A DNA stretch of 64,000 bases from a virus, in the IMG/VR virus record IMGVR_UViG_3300045131_001276, positions 6,182 through 70,181 of that record; one strand, 5' to 3'. Within the stretch, counting starts at the first letter, position 1; every line of letters starts with the position of its first letter. This document shows, piece after piece, positions 1-9,307 of this stretch. A program made the position numbers and the translations under genes. The notes below the pieces were generated by a model. That model made no database searches. It was given only the letters and a program-made list of their open reading frames with translations, and was not told where the DNA came from.

Positions 1-51
1 TATTGGAGACAAAAAGGAGCTAAAGCTTGGTCCCGGCGTGGTGAAGACGAA

Positions 52-294
52 ATGAACGGAATAAAATGCCCGCATTGTGGTGAAACAAACAAGGTGTATA
101 AAAAATTGTCATGGTGTAGGACCGGGGACGACCTGATTGGAAACGGAGATTCGGGCATACAACGCAAACAGTTCATTAGCCGAAACACGAAATACATTTG
201 TGACAAGTGTTTTCATTCGTTCATTAAAGTTACGAAACTGTATCCCAGAAACGAAAATATTGAAGGAGAGAATAATGTGGAGTATTCTGGTTAA
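52..294 (+). CDS. small zinc-finger protein (CxxC...CxxC, Ogr/Delta-like size)
   Basis: CPHC and CDKC pairs in 80 aa; ATGA overlap with an upstream stop. Confidence 0.5.
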   Translation: MNGIKCPHCGETNKVYKKLSWCRTGDDLIGNGDSGIQRKQFISRNTKYICDKCFHSFIKVTKLYPRNENIEGENNVEYSG

Positions 295-586
295 TCTATC
301 TATACGGATATTGGCGTCATATACCGGCAGCCCTTATGCCCAACAAATAGTGAGACAGGTTGTCGTAGACCTTGCTACAGAAGGAGCCAAAGCCGTCCCC
401 GTAATCATAGATGCAGTAAAAGAAGCGGCGCAGGACGACAAACTCACAGGTAGAGGGAAGTTTGACTATGTTGCGAATAAGGTGGCCACAGAAACACAGG
501 ATGTCGGGAGGAGTGTAGCAAATTCTATGATAGACATGGTTTATCGGGCACTTAAGGCAGACCCTGCGGTTCCGGGTGTTCAGTAG
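275..586 (+). CDS. putative holin-like small protein, last gene of late operon
   Basis: Within ORF 137..586; ATG 275 preceded by GAAGGAG; hydrophobic N-terminus, and KLTGRGKFDYV segment resembling LL-H-type holins; function inferred. Confidence 0.4.
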   Translation: MWSILVNLSIRILASYTGSPYAQQIVRQVVVDLATEGAKAVPVIIDAVKEAAQDDKLTGRGKFDYVANKVATETQDVGRSVANSMIDMVYRALKADPAVPGVQ

Positions 587-737
587 AATGGAGCGATTGT
601 GAAACAATGCGGTTGGCCTCGTGTTTCTTGATTGCTTTATCCGCAATTATTTCGTCTAGTAGTGGGTAAGGTATCCCATACATTGTTAGTGTGTAGCTAA
701 TGTCTTTTAGTAGGTCTAAGTCAACTAATATTTTCAT
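552..737 (-). CDS. hypothetical protein
   Basis: Overlaps stop of upstream gene in a tightly coupled leftward operon. Confidence 0.5.
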   Translation of the reverse strand: MKILVDLDLLKDISYTLTMYGIPYPLLDEIIADKAIKKHEANRIVSQSLHSTEHPEPQGLP

Positions 738-952
738 TTACTTCTCCCCACCCCATGTTTATCCATTACATCAATCCACCTGTTAGTTCGTTTTATAACA
801 TCCATGCACTTTGCTTCTGCCCGCCTTAAGCCATCTCTGACAAGTTCTACGTCTCCGTGTTTATCAATGTGTGGGTCAAGGAAATCAGCACCTGAACCAT
901 AGCACACATAATGCCCGTAAATATTGTTATTTACACTATCCTCTATTTTCAT
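734..952 (-). CDS. hypothetical protein
   Basis: GGAG SD; coupled to neighbours. Confidence 0.55.
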   Translation of the reverse strand: MKIEDSVNNNIYGHYVCYGSGADFLDPHIDKHGDVELVRDGLRRAEAKCMDVIKRTNRWIDVMDKHGVGRSK

Positions 953-1169
953 TTTTCACCGCTCCCACTGTTTCTAGGTTCTCAATCAGTTCAGCTAATG
1001 TGTTTGCCTCAAACCCGTAGCCGCATAGGTCGCAAGTTCCTAGCCAATCAGCTTTTAAACGATAGGCATCGTGAAGGTAAGCTACATCGTCCCACTCACT
1101 AATCGTTAGTTCCCTGACGTTAGTAAGGTTCATTGTGTCGTTTTTGCATTTAGGGCAACTAAATATCAT
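936..1169 (-). CDS. zinc-ribbon protein, paralogue 3
   Basis: MIFSCPKC...CDLC; ATGA overlap gives start 1169. Confidence 0.65.
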   Translation of the reverse strand: MIFSCPKCKNDTMNLTNVRELTISEWDDVAYLHDAYRLKADWLGTCDLCGYGFEANTLAELIENLETVGAVKNENRG

Positions 1170-1408
1170 ACCAATACTCCGGCCTCTATCATAACTTTCT
1201 GGAGCATATCCAAGGAATCGTAGGCTGACCAATAAACACCACAATTAGCACAGGTAGCTACAAGAGAGATGCTACCACTATTATAAGTAAACATATTGAA
1301 ATTAATCGCTTTGGGCAGGGTCTTCCTTTTGTTAGTTCCATGAAACCCTTTCTCATACATAGTCAATTCAAACTTATCTGAATCACAATGATTACACTTG
1401 AACTTCAT
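1166..1408 (-). CDS. zinc-ribbon protein, paralogue 2
   Basis: MKFKCNHC...CANC...MIEAGVLV. Confidence 0.7.
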   Translation of the reverse strand: MKFKCNHCDSDKFELTMYEKGFHGTNKRKTLPKAINFNMFTYNSGSISLVATCANCGVYWSAYDSLDMLQKVMIEAGVLV

Positions 1409-1626
1409 GTTAACACCCCTACCTTTATCATTACTTCCTGCAAGTGACTTCCGTGTTTATGTGACACCCAAAAGTCGTTACAGGACAAGCACTCGGCATA
1501 TCCACAATACACTTCAGGTATATCAATATTCCAATTACATTGTTCAGGCTCTACAGATACAGGCGCATACGATGCTGTTTCTGTTAATTTGTATTCATTG
1601 CCACCACATTTACACTTAAATTTCAT
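1405..1626 (-). CDS. zinc-ribbon protein, paralogue 1
   Basis: MKFKCKC...CLSC...MIKVGVLT; GGAG SD before ATG 1626. Confidence 0.7.
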   Translation of the reverse strand: MKFKCKCGGNEYKLTETASYAPVSVEPEQCNWNIDIPEVYCGYAECLSCNDFWVSHKHGSHLQEVMIKVGVLT

Positions 1627-1791
1627 GTCTCTCCACCACCAAGTCAACGATTACGCGACTCAGGGAAAACAACACGTCCCGTATCTCTATAGCCACCTTA
1701 TCGTCGTTAATCAGCCTGTGAGCATCAGCCAGGGCCTGTGTGATGGCTATCTTCTTAGCGTCAGTGCAGATATGGGTGTTAAGGTTCATCT

Positions 1792-2511
1792 TTAAAACAT
1801 AATCTTTAATTCAGCCATGGGTCCATATATTCGGGCGTTGAATCGGTCGCCACTATAACTCCACCAGCTATACCCTCCGCCCATAGACATATTGTTGGTG
1901 TAAAACAGGCACTTAGCCGTAAAGAGTGATGTGTTGGCTGTTGCCAGATATTTAAAATTCAGGGTTGTATTCCCGGATATGTTTTTTGTGACCTCGACAC
2001 CACCGCCAGCGAGTGTTGTTTTGGAATCATGGTTAAAAGAATAGTCCTTCCCGGTTATGGTAACGCTTGGCGTTATGGTTTGGTATAGGAATATCGGCTC
2101 GATCAGAAAAAGGCGGTTTATTCTAATGGGGACGGCCAGTTCGATTCTGTTAGAGTTTAATGTGAACGTGCTATTTACGGCCAGCGGTTTGTCTTTTGAG
2201 GCGTCTTTAGCGTCTGTGGCTATTCCTGACGGCAAAAGTCCCTCGCCCGTCAGACCTTTAGGGAACAAATAATAGGCCCGGACAGAAACCTGCCTAGTGT
2301 AGAGGCTCAAGAATCCTTCGAACAGCATAGCGTTTTTGGTTATACCCAAATCCTCATTATGTCTTATCTCTGTGTTTTTGATGGTTGAGCAAACAGATAC
2401 GGATCCGAACACTGGGGTAATCCCGGCATTGAATGTTGCGCTATAGGTGTCAACGCCAACACAACACAAGGCCAACGCTAAAACTAATGATATTGTTTTT
2501 GTCTTCATCAT
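1792..2511 (-). CDS. putative outer-membrane beta-barrel protein with signal peptide
   Basis: Basic plus hydrophobic N-terminus, alternating beta-strand patterns, C-terminal AELKIMF ending in Phe. Confidence 0.55.
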   Translation of the reverse strand: MMKTKTISLVLALALCCVGVDTYSATFNAGITPVFGSVSVCSTIKNTEIRHNEDLGITKNAMLFEGFLSLYTRQVSVRAYYLFPKGLTGEGLLPSGIATDAKDASKDKPLAVNSTFTLNSNRIELAVPIRINRLFLIEPIFLYQTITPSVTITGKDYSFNHDSKTTLAGGGVEVTKNISGNTTLNFKYLATANTSLFTAKCLFYTNNMSMGGGYSWWSYSGDRFNARIYGPMAELKIMF

Positions 2512-2756
2512 TTCGGTCCTCTAAGATGGCCCAACGGCCAGGAGGTTATTTGTTCGTTGTGGTTGTTTTGTGGAAACTGGACGACATTACCCATTCTTTT
2601 TTGGAGGTTATAGTTTTCCATCTCGAGCTTCATGTTGTTTCGGATTAGCCGTCTGTTGGACTCTTTTTCTTCGTGGTATTTCAGGTATGAATATGCGGCC
2701 ACTATTCCCAAGACCGCCACAACCATAACAAATTCCAGCGTGTCAATATCCATCAC
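2508..2756 (-). CDS. small membrane protein
   Basis: Single TM segment FVMVVAVLGIVAAY followed by coiled coil. Confidence 0.55.
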   Translation of the reverse strand: MMDIDTLEFVMVVAVLGIVAAYSYLKYHEEKESNRRLIRNNMKLEMENYNLQKRMGNVVQFPQNNHNEQITSWPLGHLRGPK

Positions 2757-3352
2757 GAACCTCTCTCTACCTTACCCTGTGTTGATACCTTGTCCCCTGC
2801 CCATATTCCCGAATAAATCTCGTTTGCCACAAGCGAATTGACAAGGGTGAATTCAGCGCCCTCGGCTGGACTGACGCTTTGTAGCGTGCCAACGACATTG
2901 AACACCAGGCTCATCACTTTTGCGCCCTGTTCCAACACCAAGATGTAATTGGCCGGGATTGCCAGCCTAACCAAAACATTGCCTGAGAAACCCGGATCCA
3001 CTATTGACCCTGACAATAAACAACCAGCCCTGAATATAGTTGTTCTAGAAACGACAAACGCCGACAACCACGGGGGCATGGTCACTATTTCCGAACTCTG
3101 CAGGAAATAGACACCTTCAGTTAAACGCCACACTCCCTCTTCGTCGGGCTCGAATACAATCATTTCCTGTATTCGCCTCAGAGTAATCCCGACCTCGGAG
3201 ATTGCGGGCAGCTTGCTGCTTTCGAATATCTTTCCGACAGTCAGGTCGTATTTGCTGGCCTCTATCCGTTCGCCCTTCCTGGCGTCGGCGATATTCTGAA
3301 TCAGTTGCTGTTTGTCAATTAATTCCTGGATGTTCACGCTTGATATTTGCAT
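2753..3352 (-). CDS. trimeric dUTPase / dCTP deaminase family protein
   Basis: YDLTVG, VSRTTIFRAG and IVDPGFSG motifs. Confidence 0.8.
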   Translation of the reverse strand: MQISSVNIQELIDKQQLIQNIADARKGERIEASKYDLTVGKIFESSKLPAISEVGITLRRIQEMIVFEPDEEGVWRLTEGVYFLQSSEIVTMPPWLSAFVVSRTTIFRAGCLLSGSIVDPGFSGNVLVRLAIPANYILVLEQGAKVMSLVFNVVGTLQSVSPAEGAEFTLVNSLVANEIYSGIWAGDKVSTQGKVERGS

Positions 3353-3357
3353 GGTGA

Positions 3358-3678
3358 TTATTTACACCTCACGGTTTCAGACAGACCGAGCAACAGCACG
3401 CCGCCAATTCTGCACATGATTATACGGTTGTTGTCCGGGACAGTAACGGCTTCATCGAGATTGGTTCCTGGTTCCATCACAACGGCCAATCCAGCGCTCA
3501 CATCCTGCAGCATCATTTGCGTGCATTGTTCCTGGTTCACGGCGCATATCTGGGCGACCCTATAGAATCTTGGGGCGTCTAAATACATTATAGTTCGGGA
3601 CACAACGACACATCCGGCGTTGGCTATTCCGGCAAATATCAGGCACACCAAAAGAGCCATGATTGTTTTTTTAACCAT
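3358..3678 (-). CDS. putative exported protein
   Basis: Signal peptide MVKKTIMALLVCLIFAGIANA. Confidence 0.6.
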   Translation of the reverse strand: MVKKTIMALLVCLIFAGIANAGCVVVSRTIMYLDAPRFYRVAQICAVNQEQCTQMMLQDVSAGLAVVMEPGTNLDEAVTVPDNNRIIMCRIGGVLLLGLSETVRCK

Positions 3679-4009
3679 TACAGTCTCCTCTGTCCGCTTT
3701 GATAGTGAATTCGGCTGTCTTGTCGGTTACGAATATTGACCCGACCGGAATCCTGAAGTTATGTAATTTATTGAAATCCAGCCCGTCACATCCCAACGTT
3801 GCGCTTTTTAATGCGCCCATAATTGTTGAACATTCTTCTTTGGTCAGCCATGGCGGGATATTTCCATCTTCCGTTTGTTTCTCTTCCTCTTTGCCAATAA
3901 AACTCGACATAACGGTGAGTAGATTAGACATCAGCCCTTGTTTAAGGTTGTTAATGCAATTTTCGCACACGATGTCTTCCACTGCTTTGTATGTTTTCAT
4001 AGATGACAT
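3671..4009 (-). CDS. hypothetical protein
   Basis: Coupled ORF in operon. Confidence 0.55.
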   Translation of the reverse strand: MSSMKTYKAVEDIVCENCINNLKQGLMSNLLTVMSSFIGKEEEKQTEDGNIPPWLTKEECSTIMGALKSATLGCDGLDFNKLHNFRIPVGSIFVTDKTAEFTIKADRGDCNG

Positions 4010-4284
4010 TTATCGCCCTCACATTTTTCGCTTCCGTTGTCATAGGACCACGTATTGCCGCCACGGTCTTCAGGGGGTATGGTCGCCAATATTTCCGACG
4101 CTTCATTCAGCGCCATGTCAATTTCCGCCGTGTTTTCTTCTATGAACACGAACGGGTCGTCGCTACAAAACGCCTGGTCGAGCATCTTCGCTGTCTCAAC
4201 CAATGCGTCGTTCATTAGTTTTATCTTTGTGTTCACGTCTATTCCTTTCGTATTTTTCCATATCTTCCCTGAATAAATAGCCAC
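3997..4284 (-). CDS. hypothetical protein
   Basis: Coupled ORF in operon. Confidence 0.5.
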   Translation of the reverse strand: MAIYSGKIWKNTKGIDVNTKIKLMNDALVETAKMLDQAFCSDDPFVFIEENTAEIDMALNEASEILATIPPEDRGGNTWSYDNGSEKCEGDKCHL

Positions 4285-4303
4285 CCAAACAACCGGCCAT
4301 ATC

Positions 4304-4528
4304 TCACCCGTTTTCTTGCCACAGAGTTAAGTCGAAGCCCTTGAATTTGTCTCTCAGGCATTCAGCGCTCAAACCGAATTCGCCACACCAGTCATCCCCA
4401 ACAACAACTGGCCACCGTTTATATTCCGTTGGCGGATATCGCTTGCAACACAATCTGTCGTCCTCGTTCGACACATATCTGCAATTACAACACCGCATAC
4501 TGCTAATATCTTTCGTGTCTTCGTTCAT
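4304..4528 (-). CDS. Cys-rich small phage protein
   Basis: CCNC...CKRYPP...WP.V...DWCGEF pattern common in phage small proteins; GAAGGA SD. Confidence 0.65.
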   Translation of the reverse strand: MNEDTKDISSMRCCNCRYVSNEDDRLCCKRYPPTEYKRWPVVVGDDWCGEFGLSAECLRDKFKGFDLTLWQENG

Positions 4529-4744
4529 GCGCTTTCCTTCTGTGTTTTATATAGTATTAATATTAATACTATATAACTATAGATGGCGGTCGTCATTGTT
4601 GTCGCCAGAAGGCGGATCAAACACCAACGCCCAAACAAACATCGCTAGAATCGCAAAGATTATCACAAGCAAACCAACCACGGTCTGCCCAACCGCAGCC
4701 TTTATCCCAATGTCTATGCACTCGAAAATGTATTCCATCCCGCA

Positions 4745-5728
4745 TCACCTCGCTTCCGTATTGTTGTTGTGTTGTATGATTAGTTCGCCGAGATATTCGG
4801 CAATTTGTGGAACTACGGCGTTTCCGAGGCATCTAAGCTGGTCCAGTTGACCGGGAAACCCATCAACCAAGCGACCCACTGCGGGTTCAACTTGCCATCC
4901 GTAACTTGTTCGCTCTTCACAATCGCCGTCAATTGACTGGTGGCTCTCGAGCCTTTTTCTAAACTGTTCAGCACTGTCTCTCTTGAACAATTCTGGAACC
5001 ACACGTCGAACACGGTCGGGGTCGGATAGATCCGACCCCTTGATGTTGAGTCCTGTTGGATTTCGTTCACAATTGTTTGGCGTAGCGTTGGTTTGCCATA
5101 GCTTAGTCCGGTTTGTCTCGAACTGATTGGCGTCGGGTAGACCCGACGCCTTTTGGAAACAGTGTTCATCTTCACGGCCTCGCAGAGATATGGTCCCAAA
5201 CTCTGCGAGGCCGGAGATTGTTGGGCGATAGGGGTAGGCCACAATGAATACACGTCTTCGCAGATGCCACGCTCCAAACTGGGCCGTAGATAACACCTGC
5301 CATTCCGCATCATACCCGATTTCGGCCAGGTCTCCCAATACTCGGCCAAATCCGAGAGAAAGCAGTCCTGGGACGTTTTCCAACAACACATATTGCGGTC
5401 GTAATATGCGAATGATACGAGCGAACTCAATCCACAATCCTGTTCGTGTTCCATCCCTCAACCCTTCCCGTTTCCCGGCAAAAGAAACATCCTGGCATGG
5501 GAAACCACCGCACAACACATCAACCTTCGGCGCTGTCTCGTCTATCAACCTCACATCATCATACACCGGAACATCAGGCCAATTCTTGTGCAGCACATTC
5601 CTGGCGTATGCGTTATTCTCGCACATCCAAACTACACTCATTCCTGCACGTTCCAAGCCCAAATCAATCCCACCAATACCGCTGAACAAACTCCCAACCG
5701 TCAACTGTCTTGTGCTATGTGTTTCCAT
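4745..5728 (-). CDS. dcm: DNA (cytosine-5)-methyltransferase, alpha chain
   Basis: Motif I LFSGIGG, IV GGFPCQ, VI ENVPG, VIII RRRVF, X LGNAV. Confidence 0.92.
   Translation of the reverse strand: METHSTRQLTVGSLFSGIGGIDLGLERAGMSVVWMCENNAYARNVLHKNWPDVPVYDDVRLIDETAPKVDVLCGGFPCQDVSFAGKREGLRDGTRTGLWIEFARIIRILRPQYVLLENVPGLLSLGFGRVLGDLAEIGYDAEWQVLSTAQFGAWHLRRRVFIVAYPYRPTISGLAEFGTISLRGREDEHCFQKASGLPDANQFETNRTKLWQTNATPNNCERNPTGLNIKGSDLSDPDRVRRVVPELFKRDSAEQFRKRLESHQSIDGDCEERTSYGWQVEPAVGRLVDGFPGQLDQLRCLGNAVVPQIAEYLGELIIQHNNNTEAR
4813..5454 (-). CDS. nested +1-frame C5 methyltransferase beta-like chain
   Basis: 213-aa ORF wholly inside dcm; SD GAGGG; three (W/Y)PTP repeats; C-terminal LNPQWVAWLMGFP resembles motif IX. 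Confidence 0.7.
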   Translation of the reverse strand: MEHEQDCGLSSLVSFAYYDRNMCCWKTSQDCFLSDLAEYWETWPKSGMMRNGRCYLRPSLERGICEDVYSLWPTPIAQQSPASQSLGPYLCEAVKMNTVSKRRRVYPTPISSRQTGLSYGKPTLRQTIVNEIQQDSTSRGRIYPTPTVFDVWFQNCSRETVLNSLEKGSRATSQLTAIVKSEQVTDGKLNPQWVAWLMGFPVNWTSLDASETP

Positions 5729-6681
5729 ACCCAACACAATACACCAACACCATGACACTACATGTCAAAAAATATTCACCCACCCAAAGAAATATCAAAA
5801 TAATTCGACTTCGCTTAAAATGCTTCTAAAATTGATACCACAAGAATAAACAGCCCAACCCTTAACTTTGTTCGTCTAATCAAATAAAATGCAACCACGT
5901 AAACAACAGCCGCCAAATTCGTCGTGTCTTGTCTTTGTTTTGGTTGCGGTTCGTACACACAACACTCGAATCCATTCCTATCGTCAACCTCAACGCCCAA
6001 CAACACACCCAACCATGCTGACCACACCCTAAACACAGCCAAGCGCCACATCAACCAGAGACGGCGAATCGAGCGGGCTCACAACCCAAGGCCGGATACT
6101 TCTCTCTATGTATTCAAGAGTTCTTTGTACTTATTCTTAACTCTTAAGAGGGTTATAGTATATAATAGCTATTATATATAAGTGGCTCTTAACTCTTGGC
6201 CTCTTGACTCTTAATGTCTTGATATTGTTTTAAATTACTTCATATTTGCGGCGTACGCGTACACACCAAAACAACACACATCGAACTCACTCTCGAAATC
6301 TTCAACGTCCTCGCTTTGTAGTCTTAATGTTGGTCAACCCGATAGGTAGGCCATAGACTTAGTGTGTATCAAATGTGATACAGGTTTATAAACTCTTAAT
6401 CGTAGGTGCGAAAAAAATGCACACCTCAAGTGGGCGAACCTTGCAAAATGCAATACTTTTCACATTTCCAGCAAAAGTGTGCAGGTTCCGACATGTAGGG
6501 TAGCAGAAACGCTACTGTATGGTTTTGTGTCCCAAAATAATAATTAGTGGACACATCCGGCGTTTTCGACCTGTTAAAATGCAGGGCAAAACAGCGCAAA
6601 GCCAGGCCCATACCCCCTATCCGGTTTTTGGGGACCCAGGGGGGTCGGCCTCTGGGGGCTGCCCTTTGACAAATCAGATTT

Positions 6682-7050
6682 TTAGATTTTGGATTTTTTG
6701 GATTTTCGAGGTTTGACGGCGGGATTTATTGTGAGTCTGAAGATTGGGATGAAACCATTTGCTGTTGGGAGTTTGCGAATATATTTCTGTTTAGTGAGTC
6801 GTTTCATGGCTGATTTGATGGCCAAGAAGTGAATTCCTAGTGTTTTCCTGATGTGGTTCCGTGAGATTTGGACATCGAGGGAGGGTGTAGCGTAGCAGAG
6901 CATGAGGATGAGGATACATTTATCGTGGGATTTGAGGTTGGGGTCGACGATCCAGTCTGTTGGGATTTCTACGGTGTGTTTAGGTGGGAGGGAGGCGTTT
7001 GGGTGGATCTGGTCATCGCCGAAGACGTTATTGTTTGCGTATTTCATCAC
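6682..7050 (-). CDS. winged-helix DNA-binding protein (replication-associated)
   Basis: DPNLKSHDKCILILMLCYA...SRNHIRKTLG...AMKRL pattern typical of rep-type wHTH. Confidence 0.6.
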   Translation of the reverse strand: MMKYANNNVFGDDQIHPNASLPPKHTVEIPTDWIVDPNLKSHDKCILILMLCYATPSLDVQISRNHIRKTLGIHFLAIKSAMKRLTKQKYIRKLPTANGFIPIFRLTINPAVKPRKSKKSKI

Positions 7051-7646
7051 ATCACTTCGAGTAGTGGGGTTGGCGGGGTGTTTCGGATAATTGTGGTGGT
7101 TATTTGGTGGGGCTGGTTAAATGGGACGGGTGTGAAGGGTTTTTGTGGTTGGGCTGGCTGAGCCTGGGCGTATATTTGGGATGTTTCGTATGGGAACTGG
7201 GCTTTGAAGGCCATGATACAGAAGCCTTGGAATGCCCGGCGTTTCATTTCGGGCGTATACCAATCTGGGGCGTTATCTCTGAGTTGTTTATTGGCGATAT
7301 TGACGATGTATTCTTGTTTTTCGGGTGGCAGTTGTTGGATTGCGGCGGTAATGGTTTCACATATTGCGAGTCGGCGATTGAAGTGGGCTTCGTCATTGGC
7401 GAAGGAAGATTCGGCGGTTCCGTCCTGGGGCTGTAGGTTATGGGTGATTTCTTTGAGTTCGGCGATGGATGGGAAGCGTTTGGAGTTTGCAGTGGCGTAT
7501 TCTATGGCTTTATACATGGTTTCGTAGTCTATATGGGACAGTTTTTCGTGATAGATGGCGCATTTACCGCTGGCGTTTTTGGAATATTCGCCGAAGACGG
7601 TAACGAGTTTCGAGTATAGGAGAGAGAAGTCTTCTAGTGAGGTCAT
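7047..7646 (-). CDS. putative helicase loader / replisome accessory protein
   Basis: YETMYKAI...RFPSIAEL motif as in G39P-like loaders; directly follows initiator gene. Confidence 0.55.
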   Translation of the reverse strand: MTSLEDFSLLYSKLVTVFGEYSKNASGKCAIYHEKLSHIDYETMYKAIEYATANSKRFPSIAELKEITHNLQPQDGTAESSFANDEAHFNRRLAICETITAAIQQLPPEKQEYIVNIANKQLRDNAPDWYTPEMKRRAFQGFCIMAFKAQFPYETSQIYAQAQPAQPQKPFTPVPFNQPHQITTTIIRNTPPTPLLEVM

Positions 7647-8503
7647 TTTGTGAACCTTTCGTTGATTTGTTTTAGTTTTGCAGCTTCTTTTTTAACTTGG
7701 TCTAGGAATGAGTCGGATTCGGTATTGTTGTTATAACTTAGAGAGTTTGAGGCTTTTTCATTGGCGATTCTTAGCCAGTTAGCCAGGAATGTGCTGAAGC
7801 TTTTAATTTCTCGGCCAGTATCTTCCGCCCAGAGGAGGGATAATTCGATTTCGGCATAAAAATCTTTAATGAGGGGATATTTTACTTTGTAGTGTGTATC
7901 TAGTCTTTTTTGGATATCTTCTCGTCTTTTTTCGATTTGTTTTTCTAGTGATAATGGCAGCTTACGTGGTTTGCGGGCGGTCTTCTTCTCTTCTTCTTTC
8001 TTTTGTTTCTCTTGTTTCTCTTGTTTAGGGCTTGTATCTATTTGCGATGATTCAACAAAGAGGGGCGTCGTGCTATCGTTTGGATATGGGATTGCTATAG
8101 GATTGCTATGGGTCGTGCTATTAATAATTTTTTGACGCTTCTGATATGCTTCGTAATTAACGATTTTAACAACATATGGGATGCTACGGGGATTGCTATC
8201 GTTTGGATATGGGATTGCTATAGGATTGCTATCGTTAAAGTCAAAATATATTAATCGCTTTTCGGATACTAATTTATCTAGGAATTTTTTGACCTTGTTT
8301 GTGTTTTTTCTGTGTTTAGGTCCATAAAACCAACCCCAAGATCCGGCAAGGTCGCTTAGTGTTGTAATTAGTTCGCCCGTGTTTTCTTTGTCGTAACCTG
8401 CGGCGCCAATTAACCATAGCCAAGCGGCCAGTTCGCAGTATTCGCAATTAAATCGGCGAAAGGCTCGACGATAAAACAAAAAGAAGCCGCCGTCTTCCAT
8501 CAT
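7643..8503 (-). CDS. phage replication initiator (replisome organiser-like)
   Basis: GFFLFYR N-terminus, KIVNYEAYQ motif, K/E-rich linker, FLANWL C-terminal domain, internal DNA repeats. Confidence 0.75.
   Translation of the reverse strand: MMEDGGFFLFYRRAFRRFNCEYCELAAWLWLIGAAGYDKENTGELITTLSDLAGSWGWFYGPKHRKNTNKVKKFLDKLVSEKRLIYFDFNDSNPIAIPYPNDSNPRSIPYVVKIVNYEAYQKRQKIINSTTHSNPIAIPYPNDSTTPLFVESSQIDTSPKQEKQEKQKKEEEKKTARKPRKLPLSLEKQIEKRREDIQKRLDTHYKVKYPLIKDFYAEIELSLLWAEDTGREIKSFSTFLANWLRIANEKASNSLSYNNNTESDSFLDQVKKEAAKLKQINERFTK
8071..8232. repeat. iteron-like repeats, candidate replication origin
   Basis: Exact 39-bp direct repeat at 8071-8109 and 8194-8232 built from GGATTGCTAT units, inside the initiator gene. 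Confidence 0.7.
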
Positions 8504-9153
8504 TCGGCCTCGCCAGCGTGGGTGAAATCCCAGACCCTAGCTTTGTGAAGCGCTGCTACAATTGTTGGAGTTATTTCTGCACAAAAAGGGCCGTTATCTG
8601 TATCCCAACAGTGCTGACAGAAAGGATACCCGCCATGTCCGGGGTCAAAGGCAACCTGATATCCACATTTTCCAGATTCACAGTCGCCCCAATATGCGGG
8701 ATACCATGCACCTTTTTTGTTGTTGGACAAGCAGACCATAGAATTCTCGTTATCAACCTTGCGGTCGTGCTGAAGCGCCAACCCATTAACCACGGAAAGA
8801 TCAAGGGTTTCTTTAACTTCAATTCCAACATAAAAAGAAGGAATGGGTCCATAAAAAAGACAAACGCTGGTTGGTTGATACCTAGTTGTTGCGATAGATT
8901 CGAGTTTTCTTAACTCTGTTAGCGTTGGTGGTCCACCTTTAATCTCAACCCACAAATCAAGATCATGGATATAAAAGTCTGGGACATACCCCCCGAGTTC
9001 CTTCCCCAAATCGAACCCCTCTTTTTCGTATTCCCACTGGACACCAATCTCGTCATAAAACAGCGCCCATCGAGCCTCAATTCTGGACCTAAACTTTATT
9101 CCGCTATAAAAGGTGGGAATGGCCTTTATTTGAAGTTGTTTTTTTCTTTGCAC
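8500..9153 (-). CDS. PD-(D/E)XK nuclease-family protein
   Basis: FRSRIEARWA...WEYE...YVPDF...WVEIKG. Confidence 0.75.
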   Translation of the reverse strand: MQRKKQLQIKAIPTFYSGIKFRSRIEARWALFYDEIGVQWEYEKEGFDLGKELGGYVPDFYIHDLDLWVEIKGGPPTLTELRKLESIATTRYQPTSVCLFYGPIPSFYVGIEVKETLDLSVVNGLALQHDRKVDNENSMVCLSNNKKGAWYPAYWGDCESGKCGYQVAFDPGHGGYPFCQHCWDTDNGPFCAEITPTIVAALHKARVWDFTHAGEAE

Positions 9154-9307
9154 GACTTATCCCTCCTCGATTTCTCGCAAGTCTCTCGTTAGTTCGTCGT
9201 CCCTGTGTTTATCGAAGGCGTCGGGATCGCCCCAGACCATACGGTCATAATGTTGCCAGCGCAGTCGGTCTTGCTCGTCTCGGTCTTCCGGTGACATGAA
9301 TGATCTT

